A stretch of DNA of 64,000 nt from an uncultured Pelagibacteraceae bacterium (lineage in GTDB: Bacteria; Pseudomonadota; Alphaproteobacteria; Pelagibacterales; Pelagibacteraceae), in assembly GCA_902580505.1 (NCBI GenBank), contig CACHLB010000003.1, positions 8,980 through 72,979 of the forward strand. The letters run 5' to 3'. The notes beneath the pieces were generated by a model. That model saw only the letters and a program-made list of their open reading frames with translations, had not been told where the DNA came from and made no database searches. Each line of letters starts with the position of its first letter. The first letter of the stretch is position 1. This document shows, piece by piece, positions 34,901 through 42,604 of the stretch. Made by a program: the position numbers and the translations under genes.

Positions 34901-35058
34901 CCCTCAAAAGCAGATGGTACTTCAACGCTTGATTTATCACTTTCTAAAGTTATTACAGGGTCATTTTTAGAGATTTTATCTCCTTCTTTTACAAGAATTT
35001 CTATGATTTCTACTTCTTCAAAATCTCCAATATCTGGAACTAGTAATTTTTCACTCAT
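31990..35058 (-). CDS. aceE: Pyruvate dehydrogenase E1, homodimeric AceE type, with N-terminal lipoyl domain
   Basis: DIDPQETKEW, TPYINTI, GLSSYPHPWLMP, GDGE ThDP motif, PDEARTFGMEG, GEGLQHQDGH; first ~76 aa form a lipoyl domain (TLESDKSSVEVP). Confidence 0.95.
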   Translation of the reverse strand: MSEKLLVPDIGDFEEVEIIEILVKEGDKISKNDPVITLESDKSSVEVPSAFEGVVDSINIKIGDKVSKGDLILTLSSENGTQQKQEIIEKIPPATEKIIAEAENSNGYNNSELDTSVHKEIKVENTQVEEHNERLEIVKNNNDIDPQETKEWLESLSAVVHSEGPERAHFLIKQLIDQAYKEGSNIPYTQNTPYINTIPADEEIKSPGDQNIERKIRALIRWNSAVMVVRANMRDPSLGGHIGTFASAATLYDIGMNHFWRAKSNKFGGDLIYFQGHSAPGIYARAFLEGRLDEKQLDRFRQEVYPGGLSSYPHPWLMPKFWQFPTVSMGLGPMMATYQARFMKYLINRKLIKDENRKVWSFLGDGEIDEPEALGSIGLAAREKLDNLIYVVNCNLQRLDGPVRGNGKIIQELEGIFRGAGWNVIKVIWGSYWDPLLANDKSGLLVKRMNEAVDGEYQAFKAKGGLYVRDNFFGKYPELKNLVASYTDSDIWKLNRGGHDPHKVYAAYHRAINTKDRPTVILAKTIKGYGMGKSGESINTTHQQKKLGVDDLLYYRDRFDVPLTDEQVKNIEYFRPDENSDEIKYLKKRRLALGGYIPERSSFSKPIKTPSNDIFDFMKKSTGEKEMSTTMALVRMLTNLLRDKNVAPRLVPIIPDEARTFGMEGFFQKIGIYAHEGQKYEPEDSAQLSSYKEEKSGQVLEEGINEAGSMASWIAAGTSYSNHDIEMIPIYLFYSMFGFQRTGDFAWAAGDSQTRGFLIGATAGRTTLAGEGLQHQDGHSHLLASTIPNCVSYDPTFHYELATIFKEGLRRMHEKHENIFYYITTMNENYSHPEMPKDCEEGILKGMYKIKDFSKNKKNKIQLLGSGTILREMIEAAEILQNEYQVDSEVWSVTSFNELRRDGLETERYNLLNPGGEKKISYVEKCLGKTEGPILAASDYMRMNSDQIRPYINKSFYSLGTDGFGRSDTRKNLRKFFEVDKEHIVAYGLSILSNEQLIASKHAVDAIKKYKIDKDKPMPTKL

Positions 35059-35169
35059 TTCGCTATTTGTATATATATATATTATTAACTTTTAATAGAT
35101 GTATATTTTTGACCATTATTAAAATTTAGTAAAATTAATAATAAATGTTAAAAGAATAGATTAAATTTA

Positions 35170-35246
35170 GCGCCTGTAGCTCAATTGGATAGAGCGCTTG
35201 GCTACGGACCAGGAGGTTCTGGGTTCGACTCCTAGCAGGCGCACCA
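35170..35246 (+). tRNA. tRNA-Arg (ACG)
   Basis: GCGCCTG...CAGGCGC-ACCA acceptor stem, anticodon arm CTTGG-CTACGGA-CCAGG, GTTCGACTC T-loop. Confidence 0.97.
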
Positions 35247-35259
35247 AAAAGAAGGAAAA

Positions 35260-35343
35260 ATGAAAATATCTTTACAAAAATCTGTAATTTATTTTTTTGT
35301 AATAGTGTTAATAATATTATTTTTAATAACTTTAATAATTTAA
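35260..35343 (+). CDS. Possible 27-aa single-pass membrane peptide (MKISLQKSVIYFFVIVLIILFLITLII)
   Basis: AAGGA just upstream of the ATG; stop overlaps the next ATG (TAATG); fills the tRNA-thioesterase gap exactly. Confidence 0.35.
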   Translation: MKISLQKSVIYFFVIVLIILFLITLII

Positions 35344-35762
35344 TGAAAAAATTTAAACAAATTAGCGTTAAAAAAGGTTTCATGAGACACAATGGTGGTT
35401 TGCTACTAAGAGATATCTCAAAAACTAAATATGAATTTAAAACTAAAATAAAAAAAAACCATCTTAACAGAGCTGGCATAACTCATGGTGGGTATATAGC
35501 ATCGATCATAGATACCGGGTGTGGATCTGGAGCCCATAGAATTTCGGGTAATCAGCCTTGTGTAACTATAACACTTAATATTAACTTTATCGGACCTTCA
35601 ACTATTGGTGATGAAATTTTTGGATATGTAAAAATTAAAAAAAAAACAAAAAGCATGGTTTTTTTAGAGTGCTATTTAGAATGTAAAGGTAAAATAATTG
35701 CATCTGCTACAGGTATTTGGAAAATACTTCAACGTAAGTTACCCCATGCAGGTCTAAGCTAA
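35343..35762 (+). CDS. PaaI family (hotdog-fold) thioesterase
   Basis: HLNRAGITHGGYIASIID motif; CVTITLNINF. Confidence 0.9.
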   Translation: MKKFKQISVKKGFMRHNGGLLLRDISKTKYEFKTKIKKNHLNRAGITHGGYIASIIDTGCGSGAHRISGNQPCVTITLNINFIGPSTIGDEIFGYVKIKKKTKSMVFLECYLECKGKIIASATGIWKILQRKLPHAGLS

Positions 35763-38080
35763 ATTCTTCTTCTTATATTTAAATAACCAAAGATTGATAA
35801 AAGAATAAGAGCGATAGGATAAATTATTTCTTTTTTTGGTCTATTCTGATTTTCAATTTTAAATTCATTAATAATATCTCCCATATCTAAACCAGATTTT
35901 TTTGCAATTCCATTCCATTTTAAAGTATCAATTATGGTTTTATTGTCTTCTACAACTAAGCTCATTCCATAATCATCTAAACTGAAATTTTCATCAAAAC
36001 TATTTTTTTCAATTACAAATAATTTATATCTTTCGCCGTACTCTGTAAGTCTAGTAATTTTAATTCTTATCTCTTTATTATAATCAAACTGTTTTTTGTT
36101 TATTTCTTCAATACTTAAATAGTTATATTTTGGGTAAAATTTATTTAGAATAAATTCTGGAGATAATAATGATATTGAAATTATTAAAAAAATAACAATC
36201 TCATACCATCTCAATTTATTTATAAACCATCCTTGAGTAGCAGAAGTAAATACTAAAATCCCAATCAATGAGGTTGCTATGACCATTAAGCCATGCCATA
36301 TGCTTTCAATACCAATTAATAATAACTCACTGTTAAATAAGAATACAATAGGAAGTATTCCAGTTCTCAGACTATACCAAAATGCCTGGGCCCCTGTTCT
36401 TAATGGGTCTCCACCAGAAATAGCAGCAGCTGCGTAAGATGCTAAGCCAACTGGAGGTGTTACGTCTGCCATTAGGCCAAAATAGAACACGAATAAATGA
36501 ACCGCAATTAAAGGAAAAATAAATCCTGATGCATTTCCAACATCCACAAGAACAGTTGCCATTAGAGATGCTACAACAACGTAGTTTGCCGTAGTTGGTA
36601 AACCCATACCCAATAGTAAACACAAAATAATAGTTAAAAATAAGAGAATAATAACATTATCTTTTGCAATCGACTCGATTACAATTATTAAATTAGTACT
36701 CAAACCTGTAGATCCAACTGCACCAACTATAATACCTGCTGTTGCAATTGCTATTCCGACACTAACCATATTCAAAGCACCCTTTTCAAAACCAACAACA
36801 GTTTGGTTGTACCAATAAATTAAAGCATTCTTAAAGTTCTTTTCTTTAAAAATTTTATTTAAAAGATTGACTATAATTAAAGTTATTGTTGCAAAGAAAA
36901 TAGAGTAAGATGCTGTTAGCCTCATGTAAACTAATAGATATATAAGAACAAATATTGGGACTAAAAAATGTATTCCTTCAAAAAATGTTTTTTTCAATTT
37001 TGGAATGTCGTTTTCATCCATACCTTTTAAATTTAATTTAAGTGCTTCAAGGTGAGATATATAAAATAGTGCAATGTAAGAAATTATAGCTGGTAAAAAA
37101 GCATGTTTGACAACTTCAAAATATGTAACACCAATAAAACTTGCCATTACAAAGGCTGCTGCTCCCATAACAGGAGGCATTATTTGACCATTAACTGATG
37201 AAGACACTTCAATTGCACCCGCTTTTTCTTTTGAAAAACCTGTCTTTTTCATAATTGGAATTGTAAATGTTCCAGTCGTAACCGTATTAGCAATTGATGA
37301 TCCAGAGATTAATCCTGTCATACCGGATCCAAGAATGGCTGCCTTAGCAGGACCACCCCGCATTTTTCCAACCATTGCAAAAGCTAAATCTAAAAAATAT
37401 TTACCTCCCCCAGCAGTTTCTAAAAGTGCTCCAAAAAGTACAAAGAGAAATATGAAATCTACAGAAACACCTATCGGAATTCCAAAAATTGCTTCTTGAT
37501 CAAACCATTGAAAACCAACTAACCTTTTTAATGATAATCCACCATGAGAGATTATGTCTGGCGCATATTGACCAAAATAAGAAAATAACAAAAAACAAAC
37601 TGCTATAACAACTAATGGAATACCTATTACTCTACGAGTGGCTTCAAGAAGAATTAATATTCCAATTATTCCAAGTATAAGTTCTACTGGAATAGTAAAA
37701 TCATTGGAAAAAGTTATTTTAAGTAGTATTCCACCCCTATCTACTAATTGATCATAAAAAATATAAATATATAAACAACAAACTGCACCTATTATTGCAA
37801 TAAATATATCTATAAAATTTACTTTTTTACCCCTGGCATATGGAAATATTAAAAAAGCTAGTAAAAGTGCAAAACCAAGATGAATTGCTCTAGCAGGTAG
37901 ACCTTTAAACATTCCGAAGTTTAACCAAAATGGAAATGGAGAAGCATACCAAAGCTGGAATAGAGACCAGGTTATTGCAATAACTGCAACTAACTTTAAA
38001 TGAAAACCTGTTAAATTTCTTGTAGGAGAAAGATCTTCTTTAATCTTATTTTCAATTTTTTTATCTATGTCTGCTGACAT
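35759..38080 (-). CDS. TRAP transporter fused 4TM/12TM permease (TAXI-associated) with C-terminal soluble domain
   Basis: GGPAKAA, SGSSIANTVTTGTFTIP, GQIMPPVMGAAAF, LGMGLPTTANY, ADVTPPVG. Confidence 0.93.
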   Translation of the reverse strand: MSADIDKKIENKIKEDLSPTRNLTGFHLKLVAVIAITWSLFQLWYASPFPFWLNFGMFKGLPARAIHLGFALLLAFLIFPYARGKKVNFIDIFIAIIGAVCCLYIYIFYDQLVDRGGILLKITFSNDFTIPVELILGIIGILILLEATRRVIGIPLVVIAVCFLLFSYFGQYAPDIISHGGLSLKRLVGFQWFDQEAIFGIPIGVSVDFIFLFVLFGALLETAGGGKYFLDLAFAMVGKMRGGPAKAAILGSGMTGLISGSSIANTVTTGTFTIPIMKKTGFSKEKAGAIEVSSSVNGQIMPPVMGAAAFVMASFIGVTYFEVVKHAFLPAIISYIALFYISHLEALKLNLKGMDENDIPKLKKTFFEGIHFLVPIFVLIYLLVYMRLTASYSIFFATITLIIVNLLNKIFKEKNFKNALIYWYNQTVVGFEKGALNMVSVGIAIATAGIIVGAVGSTGLSTNLIIVIESIAKDNVIILLFLTIILCLLLGMGLPTTANYVVVASLMATVLVDVGNASGFIFPLIAVHLFVFYFGLMADVTPPVGLASYAAAAISGGDPLRTGAQAFWYSLRTGILPIVFLFNSELLLIGIESIWHGLMVIATSLIGILVFTSATQGWFINKLRWYEIVIFLIISISLLSPEFILNKFYPKYNYLSIEEINKKQFDYNKEIRIKITRLTEYGERYKLFVIEKNSFDENFSLDDYGMSLVVEDNKTIIDTLKWNGIAKKSGLDMGDIINEFKIENQNRPKKEIIYPIALILLSIFGYLNIRRRI

Positions 38081-38094
38081 TCAGCTTAATATAT

Positions 38095-38126
38095 AAAAAA
38101 AAAGGCCCAATAGATATATTGGGCCT
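38095..38126 (-). terminator. Intrinsic terminator/stabilising hairpin after the TAXI gene
   Basis: Perfect 10-bp stem AGGCCCAATA/TATTGGGCCT (38103-38126) followed on the minus strand by a T-run. Confidence 0.8.
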
Positions 38127-38147
38127 AAATTTTTTATATAGATTTAA

Positions 38148-39155
38148 TTACATTAAACCAGCTTCTTTATAATATTTAACAGCTCCAGGATGAAGTGGTG
38201 CTGATAAACCATCAGCTATCATATTTTTTTTCTCTAAAGGAGCGAAAGCTGGATGTTGTTTTCTAAAATCGTCAAAATTTTCAAAAACAGCTTTTGTAAC
38301 CTGATAAACTAAATCTTCAGAAACATCCACACTTGTGACTACAGTAGCTTTAACACCAAATGTAGTTACATCTTTTTTCTGTTTAGTATAAGTTCCTTTT
38401 GGAATTGTTGCTGATGCATAATAATCAGCTCCACTAATAATTCCATTAATTACATCTCCTGTTAAATTGATTGGCATAGCTTTAGCTGCACATGTTGCTG
38501 CTTGTTCCATCGCTCCATTTGGAAAACCTACAGAATATCCAAACGCATCAATTTTACCATCACATAAAGCTTTTACTTGTTCCGAAGATGTTAGCTCAGT
38601 AACTGATTTAAAGAAACTGTTATCAACGCCCATAGCTTTCATTAATTCTTCCATTGTTCCTCTTTGACCAGAACCTGGATTTCCAATGTTTACAACTTTT
38701 CCTTTAAGACCCATAAAATCTTTAACTTTTGCTTTTTTTCTAGCCCAGATTTGAAATGGCTCGTTATGTACTGAAAAAACAGCTCTTAAGTTTTTGAATT
38801 GTTTCCCTTCCCATTTGCTTGATCCATTGTAAGCATGATATTGCCAGTCAGATTGTGCTACACCAAATTGAAACTCACCATCTTTTATTTGGCCGATGTT
38901 ATAATTTGATCCTCCAGTCGAAGGAGCGGTACATCTGTAAGCTTTATCTTTCATACCTTTTTTTCTACCGTGTTCAGCACTAATTGCTGATTTATGTAAC
39001 ATTTTACAAATAGCGTTTCCTGTCTGAAAATAAACTCCAGTTGGTCCTCCTGTGCCTATTGTAAAAAACTCTGCTGATTTTGCTATTGATCCAAATGAAA
39101 ATATAGCAGCAAAAATAATCAGAGAGCTTGATAATGTTGATAATATTTTTTTCAT
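38148..39155 (-). CDS. TAXI family TRAP solute-binding protein
   Basis: Signal peptide, TIGTGGPTGVY, STGGSNYN, AQSD, GNPGSGQR, APLHPGA; GAGAGG RBS. Confidence 0.94.
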   Translation of the reverse strand: MKKILSTLSSSLIIFAAIFSFGSIAKSAEFFTIGTGGPTGVYFQTGNAICKMLHKSAISAEHGRKKGMKDKAYRCTAPSTGGSNYNIGQIKDGEFQFGVAQSDWQYHAYNGSSKWEGKQFKNLRAVFSVHNEPFQIWARKKAKVKDFMGLKGKVVNIGNPGSGQRGTMEELMKAMGVDNSFFKSVTELTSSEQVKALCDGKIDAFGYSVGFPNGAMEQAATCAAKAMPINLTGDVINGIISGADYYASATIPKGTYTKQKKDVTTFGVKATVVTSVDVSEDLVYQVTKAVFENFDDFRKQHPAFAPLEKKNMIADGLSAPLHPGAVKYYKEAGLM

Positions 39156-39263
39156 ATACCCTCTCTTAAGTTTTAAAATTAAATCTAACTATTTATTGCA
39201 TCGAGTGTCTAGTAAATTCATTAAATATAAGTGTTGCTAATTAAGGAATTTTTTAAGCGATTA

Positions 39264-40487
39264 TTATTTTTCAACCCAAGATTTTAATTTATTTACTCCT
39301 TCTACAACCTTTGGGGCGTACAATTTTATTAACTCATCATTAATTTCGGTTTTTTCATTAATATTTTTCATGAATGTATCTCCATCAAAGTCTGTAAAAC
39401 TTAAACGAACTATCATCCTTTTATGATCAAATCCAAAATCACTTCCTGGAAGTAAAGCAATATTTAAATTAGTTAAAATTTCATCACACATAATTGAAGA
39501 ATTATTAAATTTCTTGTTCAAAAATTCAGGCAACAAATAAAAGCCACCCATGGGTTTGTTCATAATAATATTATTAGATTTTAAATTTCTATATACGTAC
39601 TCTCCAACAGCTTTAAGAATTTTTTTTGATTTTAAAATATATTCATCATGATTAGAATTAAATGCAGATATTGCAGCAAACTGTATTGGTGAACTTACTG
39701 CGGAAAATGTTTCACTTGCTAAAACTTTCATAGATTTAAGTAATTCAATTTTTTTCTTTGGAATTATAAAGTATCCAAGTCTCCATCCCCCGGCGCCACA
39801 CCATTTACTAAGTCCGTTACTTATTACGACATTATCTGTGCAGTGTTCGAAAATAGAAATATAATTTTCATCAAATGTTAATTCAGAATAAATTTCATCT
39901 GATAAAACTAAAATATTATACTTTTTTACTATAAAAGAAATTTCTTTTAAATTTTCGCATACTTGTCCTGATGGATTATTTGGAGAATTAAGAAATAAAA
40001 GATATTTTTTATCTGGTTTTTTCAAAATAATTTTTTCTATTTCTTGAGCTTTAGGAAACCAATTATTTTCAGCAGATGTTTGTATCCAATTATAGTTATT
40101 TTTAGCTATTATTGATTGAGGCTTGTAAGATACCCAACTTGGAGCTGGCAATAAAACTTCACCTTTAAATGCTAAATGCATCAAGAACATAAGCTCTTTT
40201 GTACCAGGACCTATTATGACTTGATCTGAGTCAAAATTATAATTTTTCTTTTTTGACTCATATTTTGCGATTGACTCTCTTAGTTTATCTAATCCTTGGA
40301 TAGGTAAATAACTTTTCTGATGTGCATTTTTTTTTAATTCTTCAACAATAGTAATTGGAACTGGGAATGGTGATTGTCCAAATCCAAACTTAATAATATT
40401 TTTTCCTTCATTTTCAATAACTTTTGATTTTTCATTTATTTTTAGCGTAGCTGATAAACTTAATTTTTTGATTGTATCTTTGATCAT
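39264..40487 (-). CDS. PLP-dependent class I/II aminotransferase (aspartate aminotransferase-like)
   Basis: NSPNNPSG, SDEIY, GLSKWCGAGGWRLG (PLP lysine). Confidence 0.9.
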   Translation of the reverse strand: MIKDTIKKLSLSATLKINEKSKVIENEGKNIIKFGFGQSPFPVPITIVEELKKNAHQKSYLPIQGLDKLRESIAKYESKKKNYNFDSDQVIIGPGTKELMFLMHLAFKGEVLLPAPSWVSYKPQSIIAKNNYNWIQTSAENNWFPKAQEIEKIILKKPDKKYLLFLNSPNNPSGQVCENLKEISFIVKKYNILVLSDEIYSELTFDENYISIFEHCTDNVVISNGLSKWCGAGGWRLGYFIIPKKKIELLKSMKVLASETFSAVSSPIQFAAISAFNSNHDEYILKSKKILKAVGEYVYRNLKSNNIIMNKPMGGFYLLPEFLNKKFNNSSIMCDEILTNLNIALLPGSDFGFDHKRMIVRLSFTDFDGDTFMKNINEKTEINDELIKLYAPKVVEGVNKLKSWVEK

Positions 40488-42442
40488 TACGATTTTAATT
40501 CAATTAGATTTTTATATTCATCTAAAGCAGATGGATTGGATAATGCTTCAAAATTATTTATTTTGTTGCCGTCTATTATATTTTTAACAGCTACCTCTAC
40601 AATTTTACCATTCTTAGTTCTAGGAATATCATTTACTGCAATTATTTTAGCAGGTACATGCCTGGGAGAAGCCTCATATCTAATTGTTGTTTTTAGTTTA
40701 GAAATTAATTTTTCATCTAATTTATTGTTTTTTGATAAGACTGTGAAAAGTATAATTCTTACATCATTATCCCAAGATTGACCTACTACTATAGACTCTT
40801 TTACTTCTTTAAATTTTTCTACAACAGAATAAATTTCAGCTGTACCAAGTCGAACACCACCTGGGTTTAATGTTGCATCTGATCTCCCATAGATAATATA
40901 GGACCCATTATTCTTTCGCTCAGCATAATCTCCATGATGCCAAATATTTTTAAATTTTGAAAAATAAGCTTTTTTATATTTAACTTTTCCAGGATCATTC
41001 CAAAATTTTAAAGGCATAGATGGAAAAGGGTTTCTGCAGACTAATTCTCCTTTTTTATTTAAAATTGATTTTCCTTTTTCAGAAAATACTGCTGTGTTCA
41101 TGCCAAGACCATTGTTTTGTATTTCACCGCTATTTACAGTTGAATAAATGTTTCCATTTACAAAACATGAAACAATATCTGTTCCTCCAGAAATGGATGC
41201 TAAATGAACATTTTTTTTTATATTTCTATAAACAAATTCAAAACCATCTTTTGATAGTGGAGATCCTGTAGAGCAAATTGTTTTTAAAGACTTAAGTTTA
41301 ATTTTTTCTTTTACCTTAACGTTGTGCTTTATAAGTTGATCAATATACTTTGCACTTATGCCAAATAGAGTAACTTTCTCTTTATTTGCAATTTTTAACA
41401 ATAGCTCTGGAGATTTATACATAGGAAAGCCATCAAATAGCAATATTGATGCTTTAGATGCTAAGGCTGTAACAAGCCAATTCCACATCATCCATCCGCA
41501 AGTTGTAAAGTAAAATACATTATCATTTGGTTTTATATTGCAATGTAATTGATGTTCTTTTAAATGTTGCAATAAAACTCCGCCAGATCTATGGCAAATA
41601 CATTTTGGCTTACCTGTTGTGCCACTTGAGTATAAAATTGCTAATTCATGGTCAAAATCAAATTTTTTTAATTTATTTCTGCTTATTTCATATTTTTTAA
41701 TCTCATTAAAATAATAAATTTTTATATTTTTAATTTTTTTTAATTTTCTTAATTTTTTTCCAGGATAATTTAAAATTAATACTGATTTTATGCTTTTTAT
41801 GTTTTTTAAAATTATAGGCAATCTTTCAATAATATTTATTTCTTTTCCGTTATAATAGTATTTGTCAGTAATAATTAATAATTTAGGTTTAATTTGGGAA
41901 AAACGTTCTATAACTCCAGGTACGCCAAAATCGGGTGAGCACGAGCTCCAGATTGATCCTATAGCGCTCGCACTTAAAAAACACTCAACTGTTTCTATCT
42001 GATTTGGAGTATATGCCGCTATCCTATCTTTTTCAGAAATATTTATTTTTTTATAAAATGTAATTATTTTTTTTACGTCAATATTAAGTTCTTTCCAGGA
42101 CTTTTGTTCTCTGTAACCATTTTCACTAACAAATGTTATAGCTTTTTGATTAGAATTTTTAACTAAAAGATTTTCTGTAAAACTTAATTTTGAATTTACA
42201 AAAAACTTACTATTAATAAGATCCTTGGTTAGTTTAAATTTGTTAGTTTTAATTCCTATTACTTCAAAATATTTCCAGATGGAGTTCCAAAAATCTTTAG
42301 GATTTTTTACACTCCATTTTAATAACTTTGTATAATTTCTTGAAAAATTATATTTATAATATTTTGAAATAAATTTCTCATATGCAAATAAATTCGAATT
42401 TTTTATAAGTCCTTTAGACGGTTCCCAAAGTTTTTTAGGCAT
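40487..42442 (-). CDS. Acetoacetate-CoA ligase
   Basis: WSSCSPDFG, YSSGTTGKPKCICH, TTCGWMMWNW, SISGGTD, GRSDATLNPGGVRLGTAEIY. Confidence 0.93.
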   Translation of the reverse strand: MPKKLWEPSKGLIKNSNLFAYEKFISKYYKYNFSRNYTKLLKWSVKNPKDFWNSIWKYFEVIGIKTNKFKLTKDLINSKFFVNSKLSFTENLLVKNSNQKAITFVSENGYREQKSWKELNIDVKKIITFYKKINISEKDRIAAYTPNQIETVECFLSASAIGSIWSSCSPDFGVPGVIERFSQIKPKLLIITDKYYYNGKEINIIERLPIILKNIKSIKSVLILNYPGKKLRKLKKIKNIKIYYFNEIKKYEISRNKLKKFDFDHELAILYSSGTTGKPKCICHRSGGVLLQHLKEHQLHCNIKPNDNVFYFTTCGWMMWNWLVTALASKASILLFDGFPMYKSPELLLKIANKEKVTLFGISAKYIDQLIKHNVKVKEKIKLKSLKTICSTGSPLSKDGFEFVYRNIKKNVHLASISGGTDIVSCFVNGNIYSTVNSGEIQNNGLGMNTAVFSEKGKSILNKKGELVCRNPFPSMPLKFWNDPGKVKYKKAYFSKFKNIWHHGDYAERKNNGSYIIYGRSDATLNPGGVRLGTAEIYSVVEKFKEVKESIVVGQSWDNDVRIILFTVLSKNNKLDEKLISKLKTTIRYEASPRHVPAKIIAVNDIPRTKNGKIVEVAVKNIIDGNKINNFEALSNPSALDEYKNLIELKS

Positions 42443-42604
42443 TAAATATTTATATTTATATTGTAAAATTTATGCTAACCTTAGATGATATAAATTGAAA
42501 ATGAGAACTTTTTCCTATCTGATTCGGACTAGTTTTAGTCTATTTTTGTTCTTTTTGAGTAACAAAATATAGTAGGCTTAAAAAAGATCATACTAAAAGT
42601 AGAT

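Noticed and set aside
35070-35083. (AT)n run upstream of aceE, and many poly-A/T tracts, as phase-variation sites
   Set aside because: Expected at this base composition; no frameshifted genes seen
35135-35479. 114-aa minus-strand ORF
   Set aside because: Runs antisense across tRNA-Arg and the thioesterase; spurious
42500-42570. Possible LexA box or inverted repeat upstream of the helicase (TTTTGTT-N10-AACAAAA; GTTC-N7-GTAA)
   Set aside because: Imperfect match to alphaproteobacterial GTTC-N7-GTTC; low-complexity arms are expected by chance in AT-rich DNA
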